From NCBI RefSeq assembly GCF_963676685.1, contig NC_092356.1, forward strand, positions 50,282,001-50,346,000: a stretch of 64,000 nt of DNA, written 5' to 3'. The notes under the pieces are model-generated. The model saw only the letters and a program-made list of their open reading frames with translations. It searched no databases and was not told the DNA's origin. Shown one piece after another: positions 1 to 11,737 of this stretch (within the stretch, counting starts at the first letter, position 1; the number at the start of each line of letters is the position of its first letter). The position numbers and the translations under genes are program-made. Source of the DNA: Mytilus edulis (lineage: Eukaryota).

Positions 1-1271
1 GAGGACATAGCTCCTTTACCAGGAATACCTTGGGGTTCACGAATATTACGAGAATGTCCTTCCTCACTACCGCTGATTACTCCTCTTTGATGATCAAGGG
101 AGCGTCGTATTCTACTCTCCCTTGCAAGTTTATTCATAATTTCACGAGGGGAAGGTTCAGAAAAGTCCTCCCCTACAAAAAGACTGGAAGATTTATTGTA
201 AGAATCCCTACGAGAATCATCCTGACGATTGACTTCTGTAGCACTATTTACCGACTCCGTACCAGAATCAGTATGAACATTGTCTGAATCAGGTTCATCA
301 ATCCTTAATACTTCTACATTGTTTTTAATGTCTTCAGAGTCACACTCTGATGTTTGTTCACTAGAAGTGTCTAAAATTTTAGGTCTATATTCATCTTCTG
401 GTAGTTTTACTTTCAGATCATATTCTTGAGGAATTTCTGGCGGTGGTTTTTGTGGACGAGGCACAGGTTCTACTCTCTGTATGATTTCTGGTCTAGGTTT
501 TGGAGCAGGTATTGGTATATCAGATCGTTTGCTGTCAGGCCGTGGTTTTGGAACTGGTTTCTGATGATAACTCATCTCTGTAAATTGATTAAAATTCATT
601 TCAGGTGGTTCTAAGTCAAAGTCATCTATCATTGCAAGAGGCACCCCATATGTACTATCTTGATGTACAGGAGTAACCTCCCTTCTTTCTGGTGTAACCT
701 CTCTTTTCATTGGAGTTATTTCCCTTTTTGCAGGAGTAATTTCTCTTTTTGCAGGAGTTATATCTCTCTTTGCAGGAATTATTTCTCTTTTCGCAGGAGT
801 AATTTCTCTTCTAACTGGAGTTAACTCCCTTTTGACAGGAGTTACCTCTCTTTTAGGTGGAGTAACTTCCCTTTCTTCAGAGGAGTATGAAGTACCAGAT
901 TTTTCCTTCACAGAACCTCTCATAACTAACTGGTTATAAGCCTCCATTGCTCCAGGAGGAACACTTTCTACTTGATCTGCTTTATTTTTGATCTCCTCGG
1001 AGAAAGTACGTTGACGATCAAGTTTCGGACTACGTTTAAATGAGAATTTGAATCTTGATCCATTCTGTGGTGACCCTGAATCACTTTCTGAATCTGACTG
1101 ATATTTATCAGGTGACGAAGGTTCTTGTGATGATGACATATGAGAACGAGAACTTAATTCATTTGCCATGGCGATAGCATCATCTATCATTTTTTCATCA
1201 GATGCTGACATTGGTTTGACTTTGGCTTGTTTTCGTGGTTCTGGTTTCGGAGGCTCCCTGTTTCGAGGTTC
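1..1271 (-). CDS. Ack-like: Ack-like large C-terminal exon (partial, runs off the window): Pro/Ser-rich disordered tail
   Basis: ccttgcag acceptor; reading frame stays open for >420 codons to position 1 (EPRNREPPKPEPRKQAKVKPMSASDEKMIDDAIAMANEL...KPVPKPRP...). Confidence 0.92.
663..872 (-). repeat. Coding 21-bp tandem repeat x10, encoding R-E-(V/I/L)-T-P-x-(K/R) heptads
   Basis: REVTPPK REVTPVK RELTPVR REITPAK REIIPAK RDITPAK REITPAK REITPMK REVTPER REVTPVH. Confidence 0.95.
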
Positions 1272-1806
1272 CTGCAAGGCAAAAATTGAACATGCATAGT
1301 GATTACATAAATAGATACATGCTGTCTATAATAAAGATATTTTCATATACTCCAGACTTGATTATACTGAAGAAAAGCTGAAGATAATTTCTATAAGAAG
1401 AATATAATAATTACCCTATATCCCTTTTCTCCTAATGAGAATATACAATATTTATATGTGAATGTATATGTAAAAAAAAAAAGGATATTTAATTCAGATT
1501 TATGATTTTTTCAATCTGTCCATTCATCAATTGCTTGTATAGATTGATTGTTCCTTGTACGTCAGAGATTGTAAATTGAGCAACAGCAACATGCAATGCC
1601 ATGCACATAATGATCACAGTTGAATTTTTTTGTGTTTGTTTTTTTAAAGTTTTTTTTTCTTTCTATTTTATATCATAATACACTTTTTTAAAGCAAATTA
1701 AAGAGAAATATATGTTTCATTCCATATAATTTAACAAAATTTTGCAGAGAAGAAAGATTGAACAGCTATAGCTGTTAAGAGGAAGTAGAATTAGAGGCAG
1801 ACATAC

Positions 1807-2007
1807 TAGTCTAGGTGGTTGAACAGGAAGTGGTGGTGGTGGTGACTTTGATCCTCTCCCATTGGTCATCAGTTTAGGAGGCGATTCATGTTGAGGTGTT
1901 GTAGTTGCTGATGAATCATTTGAAGATGAGTTTGCCAACTTTGCCTCTTTGTCGTTTATTGCTTTCAATACTTCATCCATAAATGAAGGTCCGAAATCAA
2001 AAGAACT
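1807..2007 (-). CDS. Ack-like: Ack-like exon: SSFDFGPSFMDEVLKAI...SPPPPLPVQPPRL
   Basis: ttttacag / gtatgt, 201 nt, phase 0-0; DFGPSFMDEV resembles the DLGPSxxDEV segment found downstream of CRIB in CDC42EP/PR2-type proteins; proline-rich. Confidence 0.88.
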
Positions 2008-2705
2008 CTGTAAAATGTCAAGTTTTATAATTAAATATCAATAAAAAAAAAGATATGGTAAATATACAGAAATGACATGTCAGACGGCAATCTTACAACA
2101 ACAAAAAAACAACAAACAAAAACATGTAGAGATCAGTGAAAGTTATTTAATAATAGACTATGCTTGCTATGATATGGACAAATTATGAATAAATGTCAAT
2201 ACATTTAATGATTTGCATTTTTTTTTTAAATCAAAATCGCAATATTTTTCTCAAGAACAAAAATTTAATTGTGTTTTATTTTATAACTAATGGTCTTGAA
2301 TCAGGGAAGACTTGTGCCCACGTAAAACTGATTTTAACAGTTAAACACCCATCATACGTTTTACCTGTCCCTAGTCAGGTTATCTGTTTTAAGTTGTAGT
2401 CTTTGTATTTAACTTTTTGGAGGAATCTGTATTGTCGGTTTATGTGATTTTTTATTTCATTATCTAATATTTTTGGTAATGTCTATTATAGTTTTTTTTG
2501 ACATTATCTAATTTATCTTTTATTAATTACAGTGTATTCTGTTTATCCATCACACAAGAGGACCAGAAAAAAAGTTGGATTAAGCAGGGTATTGGAATAC
2601 TCAGGTTTTTTTCTGCAACAATAGGCATATTTTGGGATAGCCCTAAGATGTTATGAATCATAGACTGTTAGTACAAACGTTTATATATGATTTATTTTTT
2701 CATAC

Positions 2706-2929
2706 CGACATGTCAGGCATTTTGAAGTCAGCAAATATAGAATCATCATCTATATCTTGATACTGGAAATCTCCACTATCAACCTCGTCTGTCCTTGTTA
2801 CATATTGACTGTCTATAGATTCCTGACTTATCCAGGAGTGACCATTAGTACCCAGAGATCCATTCATATTATGTCCATTTTCATCTCTATTAAGACTCAC
2901 AGTTGATATCCGACTTTCACCTTCTTTCC
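2706..2929 (-). CDS. Ack-like: Ack-like exon: post-CRIB linker (GKEGESRISTVS...DDDSIFADFKMPDMS)
   Basis: tcttccag / gtatga, 224 nt, phase 1-0, open frame. Confidence 0.85.
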
Positions 2930-3442
2930 CTGGAAGATAGATCATAATCATCATTACTTACTATAATTGTAATTACTTCTTTCCTTTCAATAATCTATCC
3001 AGGTTGTATTTTCTATTTTTGAACATCCATAAACTATATGGCCCTGTATTAACATGATTTTTTCATAGCATTTTCAAATTAACATATTTTAAGATGGATG
3101 TCTTTTTATCCTAAGCATGGAATTAGATCACCATTAATTTCTTTCCATAAATTAAATACAAAAATTTAAAAGTAAATGTTTCTGTTTTAGGGTCTTGATG
3201 CTATGCAGATATATTTACAACAAAGGCTTATTTTCATTGTTGAAAGCTATACTGTGACCTATATTTGTTGACTTTAATGTCAATTTGGTCTCTGATGGAG
3301 AGTGGTCTCATTGGCAATAATAGCTCATCTTCTTATTTTTACATTATAATATTGTAGTTTTTTCTGCATATTACAAAATGTATAATAAAATATATCATAA
3401 TGAAATATCTTTTATATGATTTTGCAAAATCTAAATACCAAC

Positions 3443-3607
3443 CTGTACTAGCAACTTTGACTGGCAGTTTGTCGTAATTATCACCAATGAAACCAACATC
3501 ACCGAAAATAGCACCATCGTAACCAATATGCCCTGTGTGACGAAGGTCATTCTGTGGACCACTGATCATCTCAGCATTGAACCGCCTTAATGACTTCCTG
3601 TTTGATT
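3443..3607 (-). CDS. Ack-like: Ack-like exon: CRIB (Cdc42/Rac-binding) motif (ESNRKSLRRFNAEMISGPQNDLRHTGHIGYDG...)
   Basis: ttattgcag / CAG|gttggt, 165 nt, phase 1-1; ISxP...xHxxHxG CRIB consensus. Confidence 0.93.
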
Positions 3608-5047
3608 CTGCAATAAATAAATAATAATTTTAATATATTATGGAGATTTTTTTATTTAATGTTTGAAGTCAAGTTCCTGAAAAGTAAAATGTAAACAGAA
3701 ACAGAAATTGCTAAAAATGGAAAATAAAATTTTATATCAAGATTATCCAATGACATTTTTCAACAGAAATTGACGAAACTGATTAATAAAATTATGTTTC
3801 GAAATATTTCCTTTTACATATATAGAGAATAAAAAATAATTCTTATATTAGTTTTAAAACTGATTAAATCATGTGTAAGCGTTGACTGTGTCATTGCATA
3901 TTTCTGTGTATTATTTAAGCATGTGGCCATTCCCATACAATGGAAGCAATATCTGTGGTACAATATATACCTTTAAACCTGTGTCATTTAACTATACTTG
4001 TGTTTCATATTTATGTAAATATCAAATAAAATATATGAGCTTTGACAATCTATAACATATGACAATTTCCTTTGAAAAAAATTTGACTTGGTATGAAAGC
4101 CCTCTGGTCAAAATTTATAAGAACAGAATTTACAATGATACAGGAGTATCTTTTATGATGAACAGTAATATCTGTCTAAATTAACTGTATCCCTCAGGAC
4201 TGTGTTTGGCATAGACACTAGTGTCCACAGTTTACTGGTTTAATTACTACAGAATGTTCTTATTACAAGAGATCAGATGGTTTTAATCAGTTAGTTTTCA
4301 CTGTTAAAATATTTCTCTAAAATAAATTCTTAATAATTGACATCTTTTATAAAACCCTGAACCTGGAAGGAACCTGTTAGTTTGGAAAAGGTCAAGGATC
4401 AGATATAGGGTTCACTCCATTCTAATGTAATTAGTAGAACAGCATGAAGCTTATTTTAGCTCACTTGAATTAATTATAATCAGTTGCAGTTAGCATAAAG
4501 CTTTTTCCTTATTTATTTTTAAGGTTTCAAATTTCACATTTGGATATGATTCCACTGCTTTGTTGTTTAAAATCGCGAAATTTTACACCCTAAAAAATAA
4601 CTCGCTATACGGTATAAATTTAGTGAATGTGACATCCATTTTTTAATAAACTCAAGACAGAACAAATTTTGTTTTAGGGGCCAGTTGAAGCCAGCCTGTG
4701 GCTGTGGGATTTTCTTGCTATATTGAATACCAATTGGTGGCCCTTGGTTGTTTTCTGCCCTTTGGTCAGGTTATTTCATGTGACTTAATTTCTATCTAAA
4801 AAAGCCCATGCCCCACAGACAGATGATCTATTTTGGAGCTGAGACCCAGTTGTCAAAATTATGGTCCATTCTATCTAAGTATCTAATTAAGAGATCATGC
4901 TGCTCCAACTTGTTGAGGATCTGATTAATGACCTTATTTTAAGTGATATTCTAATTTTTTGGCATTATGTGATAAGTCATAAGCTGTTGTCAATATTTTG
5001 TTATAGAAGCCACACTACACATCTATTTGTCCCTTCTCCAATCTTAC

Positions 5048-5092
5048 CTTTCTTACCACCCTTTTTGGGGGATTTTTCTTTCTTGTCTGATT
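5048..5092 (-). CDS. Ack-like: Ack-like microexon F (ESDKKEKSPKKGGKK)
   Basis: atttatag / AAG|gtaaga, 45 nt, phase 1-1; a second in-frame gtaaga donor lies 9 nt inside. Confidence 0.7.
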
Positions 5093-6219
5093 CTATAAAT
5101 AGCATAACCAATCAAATTGTAAAAATAAAGATTTAGGCATAATTGGGGTCTATTGTAGCAAATAGGAGTTAAATCAAAATAAGATTATTCACTACTAAGC
5201 ATCTAGCAAACATTTTTTTTTTAAAATACAATAAAAAGTAAAATCTTTTATCTTTTATTCAAGAATTAATTGTAATTGTAATATTCATTCCACATTTTTG
5301 CATGTCTAACATTTTTTTATCATTAAAAATTTGCAATTCTTTAAAATGATTGTTTTCTTGTTTGCATTTTGGAAACTTGTAGTAAATGTCTGTAGAATTT
5401 AACTCCTCTATTTAAAATATATTCAATGTCTAAGTATGTAGAATACTAAACTACCTATAATACTGTATTTATAAAAATGTAAAATTTAGGACTCGGCATG
5501 CTGGCATAGTTTCATTATATGACTGACAGTGGCTCTCTGCCAGCATGCAAAATGTGCTCTTGTGCTGAAATAAATGCTATTATGAAATGCATATACATCA
5601 AGCAATGATATGATTCTATTCTACAGTATAAATTGTAAGACCCTAAATTCCCAGCTTATAAAAAGAAGAGAAGAAAACTTCTAAATACAGTATAAGAAAA
5701 TCAGAATAAAATGAAGCATATCTAGATAGTAGTATTCCTTTAATCTAACTACCTAACCTAAATGTTTAAAAAATTTGGCTTGCAAAAAAAACAAAAAAAA
5801 CAAATTGGTAATAAATGCAAGAAATAATAAAATCCAATATTAGTGTTATAAAAGAAACAATTGAATGTAAAAGAGTAAAAAAATATTAATGTAAATAAAG
5901 ATGATAGGCAAAAATGTTCATAAAAATTACCCAAAATTTTTATTATAAATCTCTTAAAAAAATTCCACAGCATGAAAGCAAAATTGAGTAAAATCAAAGG
6001 ACAGGTACACTGATGATTTTGATGATTTTATTGAGTGATCTATGTCATCGTCTAAGTGATAGTAAGTCCTTGACTAATATTTTAGACTCATGTCTGGGTT
6101 CAACTTGAGGAAGTTCCAATTTGTTATCAGTATTTTTTGAAGATACTCATAGCAGTTTGTGGATAAAAGCATGATTATGATGTGCAACATTTTCTAGCAT
6201 TTTTGTTCTTTTTTCTTAC

Positions 6220-6276
6220 CTTTCCTTACAAGTTTGACCATAGGTTGGTCTGAGTCAGCTTTTTCTTTTTTAGAGT
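6220..6276 (-). CDS. Ack-like: Ack-like microexon E (DSKKEKADSDQPMVKLVRK)
   Basis: tttcatgtag / AAG|gtaaga, 57 nt, phase 1-1. Confidence 0.82.
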
Positions 6277-6682
6277 CTACATGAAAAATTTACTATTTAT
6301 TTGGGGTTTCCAAATGGAAATTAAACCAATTTTGTTAATAGATAATGATAAGAAATCAAATATACTTGTTCACAAATATTTAAGTGTAAAATTTCATTAA
6401 TCTGTAAGACATTTAAAAAAATTATTATAACAATTTAGACAAAATTTTCTAGTAAAAGAAAGATAACTCTATTATGAAAAGGGTTATAAAAAACAGGTGC
6501 ATTGTATTTTTGGAAGTTTTTAATGTGTATCTTAATCCTCTCTTAAATGGAGCTCTTCCCCTAAAACCATAATTATCATTTAAAAAAAATTTCCATTTTC
6601 ATTTGAATTGTGTTTTAAGTATGGCAAGCCGGGATAAAAGCAAGATAATGATTTGCAACATTTCCGAGCGGCTTTTTCTTAC

Positions 6683-6736
6683 CTTTTCTTGAAAGTTTGA
6701 CTTTAGGTGTGTCCAATTCTTTTTCCTTTTTAGAGT
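6683..6736 (-). CDS. Ack-like: Ack-like microexon D (DSKKEKELDTPKVKLSRK)
   Basis: tttcatatag / AAG|gtaaga, 54 nt, phase 1-1. Confidence 0.82.
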
Positions 6737-7007
6737 CTATATGAAATAAGGATATTTTGTTCTTCACTTTTGGACTGATATTTTTAATAACCATTCACAC
6801 AAAAAACCATGAATTTACCAAATTTTAATCATTGAAAAATAAGTTAATTTCTATATTCTTTCTTTGTTATATTCAATACAAAAAACTATAGTTTTTGATT
6901 TTTGTTGATTTAAAGTTCACTTCAAAAATGTTAAACATTGAAAAACGTGAAATCAAAGTTAAGGCTAATATATATTACTTTGTGAAAAGTTGTGTGTGAG
7001 AGCTTAC

Positions 7008-7064
7008 CTTTTCGACTGAGTTTAATTTTGGGTGTGTTTGATTCCTGGTTTTCTCTTTTAGAGT
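7008..7064 (-). CDS. Ack-like: Ack-like microexon C (DSKRENQESNTPKIKLSRK)
   Basis: gttttcatag / AAG|gtaagc, 57 nt, phase 1-1. Confidence 0.82.
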
Positions 7065-7776
7065 CTATGAAAACAAAGGAGTGCAAATTCACACAAAAGA
7101 AACAATACTTTACAAACTAATATTTAATCTTGCTAATAAAAGCTCCAACACTCTTGATTTTGATATTAAGTTCTCTTCTGATAATACATTAGAAAAAGCA
7201 ATATATAATATGGAATCCAATCCATAATTTTAGGGTAATCCTCAAATATAGAAAAGTCTGTTTCACTGATTATCTTTATTGTTAGCAATATTTTATTAAA
7301 AAGGCATAGAAAATGTTGGATTATCTCTTAAAAACTCCAATTACAATGACCATAAAAGTGGTCATGTTCCCAGCCAATGATCAAAATCGGGTCAGATTAT
7401 TTCATGAGCCAAAAAATATCCAAAACTAATGAATTCAAATTTTTACAGATCCAATGACTTTACTCTATAGAAAATTTATAAATTTTCCTTTTACAATTTT
7501 GATTACAAGCAATGTTTTTTTAATAGCTTCAATAACTATCTGAGCTCCAATAACTGTCTGACCAGATTTTATCACTGGCATGTGAATATTCTGTTATTTA
7601 CGAATCTTTCTTATACATTATCTCTGGCATCCAGTCTAATACTTTCCCGTAGGATTTTAAAAACAAGCAAATTAACAAGCAGGAATTAAATTAAAAACAG
7701 ACGACAGAGGATATAATTAATGCTGAGACCTTTTCTACCCGTTAGCTTGTTAGGAGAGAAAGAGTGTCGATCTTAC

Positions 7777-7833
7777 CTTTACGACTTAGTCGTATATTAG
7801 AGAAGAATGAACTTCCACTCTCTCTTTTAGATT
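7777..7833 (-). CDS. Ack-like: Ack-like microexon B (ESKRESGSSFFSNIRLSRK)
   Basis: tttctaatag / AAG|gtaaga, 57 nt, phase 1-1. Confidence 0.8.
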
Positions 7834-8411
7834 CTATTAGAAATAACGGGAAATAAAATATTTTTATTCATCTGATTTCAAAATTGTAATGAAAAGTTAC
7901 TGAACCCATAAAAATGAAATTTTCTAAAATTCTTGTACATTAATTTTGATTAATTACTTGCATATTCTTATTCAAAACAAATAACAATATTTGAAATAGT
8001 TAAAAAATATTTTACATTAATTCTGAAAATCATCTACTTTTATATACTGATTCAAATCAAATAATAAAATTTGAATTAAACTGTACAATGTGTTACATGA
8101 AACTAAAAAGACCTTTGCTGCATTTAGCATTACATTGGTTTATTTATCACAATATTTGAGATATATTTTAGATTCCATATTACAAAAAAATGTTTAAACA
8201 ACTAAAATCATCACTATGTATACATCTATATAAAAGAAAGAACAGAATTTAAGCAAGAAAAGACCACCCAACTATTTTTGACAATATTTTCCGAAGTGAT
8301 TTTGAATTGCATTTAGTAGTTACATAAAAAGCTGACAAGGTCGATGACAAGGTCAATGACAAGGTCGTAGACAAGCGAGAAAGTAAAGATTTGTTAGACA
8401 TAGAGGCTTAC

Positions 8412-8459
8412 CTTTACGTGATAGTTTTATTTTTGCATCACCATTTTCCCGTTTTGATT
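8412..8459 (-). CDS. Ack-like: Ack-like microexon A (ESKRENGDAKIKLSRK)
   Basis: ctttttgttag / AAG|gtaagc, 48 nt, phase 1-1, open frame, paralogous to neighbouring microexons. Confidence 0.8.
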
Positions 8460-9231
8460 CTAACAAAAAGTTTATACATGTCAATTATACTAACTACCCA
8501 CACATAATAATTAATGGTTTAATTTACAACATATAAGAATAATCTCGGCGAAAACTCTGTATTATTATACAACATAATTCTATTAAACTCTGTAAACTAC
8601 ATGCTGTAGTTCTATGACCAAGACGAAAATTTATAGTCCAACTGGGGCATATGAAGTATCCAGATGTTTATATAAGTAAAAGTTATAGCTGAATCACCTA
8701 TTTCTAGTGAAGTTTTATCCCTACTTTTTTCATAATTCTGACTTATATCTTGGTCAGTTCTAAAATTTGTTTCTTCTTGTTCGAGTCCAGTCTATAAGTA
8801 AAAGTCCTGGTTCATACCTAGTTGATCTAATCCATTAAACTAATACACATAACAATATCTCTAGTTCAAAATTATAAATCAATGAAAATACATTTCCAAA
8901 CACACATGCAAAAATGTCTATTTCTGGGTTATGATGGAACCATGTAATTTAAAAAATACTTTTATCAATTGATATAAAATATTTTAAAGGCAAAAAATGA
9001 ATATCTTTTTCACTTGTTTTTTTACTTCATATTGAAAATTTGTAGAACCAGCTGTAATTTTAAATTCCAATGTAACCAAATTCATAAATTCATAAAAAAA
9101 AACCAACATTCCTTGTATCAATGACTACTGTAAACATTGAAAATCAAAGGTCAAATGTTACCCCCTGATGACAACATCAATGCCATGTTACTATAGTAAT
9201 GCAGTAACCTCCTGACCCCTGTACAACTCAC

Positions 9232-9371
9232 CTTTTCTACTGATACTTTTAGACACACTAGGACTATTCTTGTGTTCAATTATTGGCATAACATTAGCTG
9301 GATCAAAATATCCACATTTACCATTCCCAAGAACACCCTTCCAGAATCCTGACTTCGGACAATCTTCAGGG
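9232..9371 (-). CDS. Ack-like: Ack-like exon: SH3 C-terminal half (PEDCPKSGFWKGVLGNGKCGYFDPANV...SKSISRK)
   Basis: ttttcag / gtgag, 140 nt, phase 2-1; WKG and G.F...V SH3 motifs. Confidence 0.92.
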
Positions 9372-10021
9372 CTGAAAACATATATCTTCAAGTAATTAAA
9401 TGTTATTCCCTAAAACCCCTCCACAAAACTGTCTATGGAAAATATTCTATACTGTGACAGGTAACATATCACCATCAATTTCTCCATTTAAATTTGAGTG
9501 CCTGCAAGCATGTTTAACTCCACCACATTATGTATGTGTTTGTCCCTAGTTAGGGGGCTTGTCATTATCTTATGTTGCTGTGTAACATATTTGTACTTTT
9601 TTTTATTACAAAATGTTTCTGTACCATTTGTATAAACAAGCTTCTAAATTCATTTTTCTTGAATGAACTGTCCCAGTTAACAAGGGTCATTCAGGGGAAA
9701 ACATGTTTACATAAGACATTGTCTCTTGAAGATATTCATTTTTTTTGTAACTACATCCATTTTTTCTCTGTTAAAAAGTACTAAACTGGATGATTGTGTA
9801 TGCACTCCCCTCAGCCTACATGCAAACTTTGTCACATGAATGAAATGGCAAATGGGTCTGTAATTCATTATTTTAAACTTGTAAACAAAATAAGCTTCAA
9901 ATTTTAACCTGAACAGAACATATTCTAATAAACCAAAAATCAGATTCATATCTGTAAGAATAACATACTTTTTATAATCTATGCATGTGAAATTTCTAAA
10001 ATTCTTTATACTCCAACTTAC

Positions 10022-10128
10022 TTTTTATCTAATACATATATGACATCATATGATTTATAATACAGGAAGTCTTTAGGTACAACCACTTCTGGGAAATCTT
10101 TCATAGCTTTAACTTGGGTAGGTCTCAT
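10022..10128 (-). CDS. Ack-like: Ack-like exon: SH3 N-terminal half (MRPTQVKAMKDFPE...FLYYKSYDVIYVLDK)
   Basis: ttacag / gtaag, 107 nt, phase 0-2; VKAxxDF and L.Y...DVI.VL SH3 strands. Confidence 0.9.
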
Positions 10129-10423
10129 CTGTAATATAATCCAGAACTCATAAAATTTTCAATGCTGTGGATTCATTATTATTTTTTGGATACCAATTTT
10201 TTCGTGGATTTCATGGGTACAGGGGGACCATGAATTTAAATGTTCAACAAAATACAAATTGTCTTCAGAACAGTATGCAGACTTTGTCAAAACCACGAAA
10301 TCAAATATCCATGAATATGCAAGTTTCCATCAATCCACAAAAAATTGGTACCCACAAATATAATAAAGTAATCTCAACAATTTTTCCCTGGACATATCTG
10401 GAAGATCTGTACTTTGTGTCTTT

Positions 10424-10681
10424 TACAGCTAATTTCCTTATGCATGTAGAATAAGACTTTGGTAAGCTTGCTTGCTTGCTTTGTTTGTATATTGTACAAT
10501 TGTAATTGGGATAACGTTCTATCAAATTTAAATATAATACATGTATATACAGGTTTAACTATGCCTATTTATATTGCTTGCAGATTTCAATCTTAATTAC
10601 AATGCTTCATCTAAAGTTTATAAAAACAAAGCAAGTAAGCCAACAAAGTCTTACTCTACAACCATTAGGAAATTAGCTCTA
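10424..10681. mobile_element. MITE-like element with ~50-bp imperfect TIRs; second copy at ~46300-46523
   Basis: tacagctaatttccttatgcatgtag... / ...ctacaaccattaggaaattagctcta; homologous copy inside the CACTA element. Confidence 0.65.
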
Positions 10682-11369
10682 ATAGTGTTGTTGTGCTTTA
10701 TATTCAGCTGATAAGTTAAATCCTTTTTCACAGATTTTTATAGTCTTTATGTTGTGCAGTTACACTACCGTCAAAATCTGGGGGAGGGTTGAGCACCTGC
10801 AAACATGTTTAACCCCACCACATTATGTATGTGCCTGTCCCAGGTTGGGAGCCTGTCAAGCAGTGTTTGTCATTTGTTGCTGTGTGTATCATTTGTTTTT
10901 CGTTTATTGTTTTGTACATAAATCAGTAAGTTGGCCATTAGCTTACTCGTTTGAGTTTTACATTAGCCATTTCAAGGCCTTTATAGCTTGCTATGCTGTA
11001 TGTGTTTTATTTTTATTTGTTAAAATCCGTCCAATGGCCTATAGTTGCTAACTTCTACATCAATTGTTCTCTTGAGAAGAGTTGTCTTATTGGCCAACAT
11101 ACTACATCTTATTTCTATCCTTGCAATATGGTATGAAATATTTAATAGGAAACAAAGGATTGAGGAACATAAATTAGTATATAGTGGAATAACAGGAGCC
11201 AACATTAGGCCAAACAAAAAAGTAATTGTGTTTACTGTTACATGCAGAAAAAAATAGGGTAGGCAGGTAGGTAGGGAATTTTTTGAATTTTTAATAATTT
11301 TTAATAATTTTTTTAAGTCTATTGGAGCAACATTGTGACTTCAACAATTGTTAATCAAAAAAGGTAAAT

Positions 11370-11657
11370 ACAAGAATGTGTCCCCAGTACAAGGATGCCT
11401 CAATCGTGCTATCATTTTCTATGTTCAGTGGACTGTGAAATTGAGGTAAAAACTCTAATTTGGCATTAAAATTAGAAAGATCATATCATAGGGAACATGT
11501 GTACTGAGTGTTAAGTTGATCGGACTTCAACTTCATAAAAAACTACATTGACCAAAAAACTTTAACCTGAAGCGGGACAGACAGATGGAACAAACGAACG
11601 GACATACAGACCAGAAATCATAATGCCCCTATACTATCGTAGGTGGGGCATAAAAAA
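11370..11657 (-). mobile_element. Non-autonomous Helentron/DINE-like (HINE) element, nested in a small TIR element (~11208-11722)
   Basis: Subterminal hairpin gcccc..tac tatc gta..ggggc next to an A/T run, plus an internal gaca/gaac microsatellite; outer ends ggccaaacaaaaaagta / tactttttttgtttggtt. Confidence 0.6.
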
Positions 11658-11737
11658 CTTTAGGGTAGTTAATACAAATAAGAGTAGGTAGGGGTATAGT
11701 AAACATACTTTTTTTGTTTGGTTCTAGCTCTACCTAC

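Noticed and set aside
30-614. Plus-strand ORFs 30-287 and 426-614
   Set aside because: Antisense shadows of the long kinase C-terminal exon.
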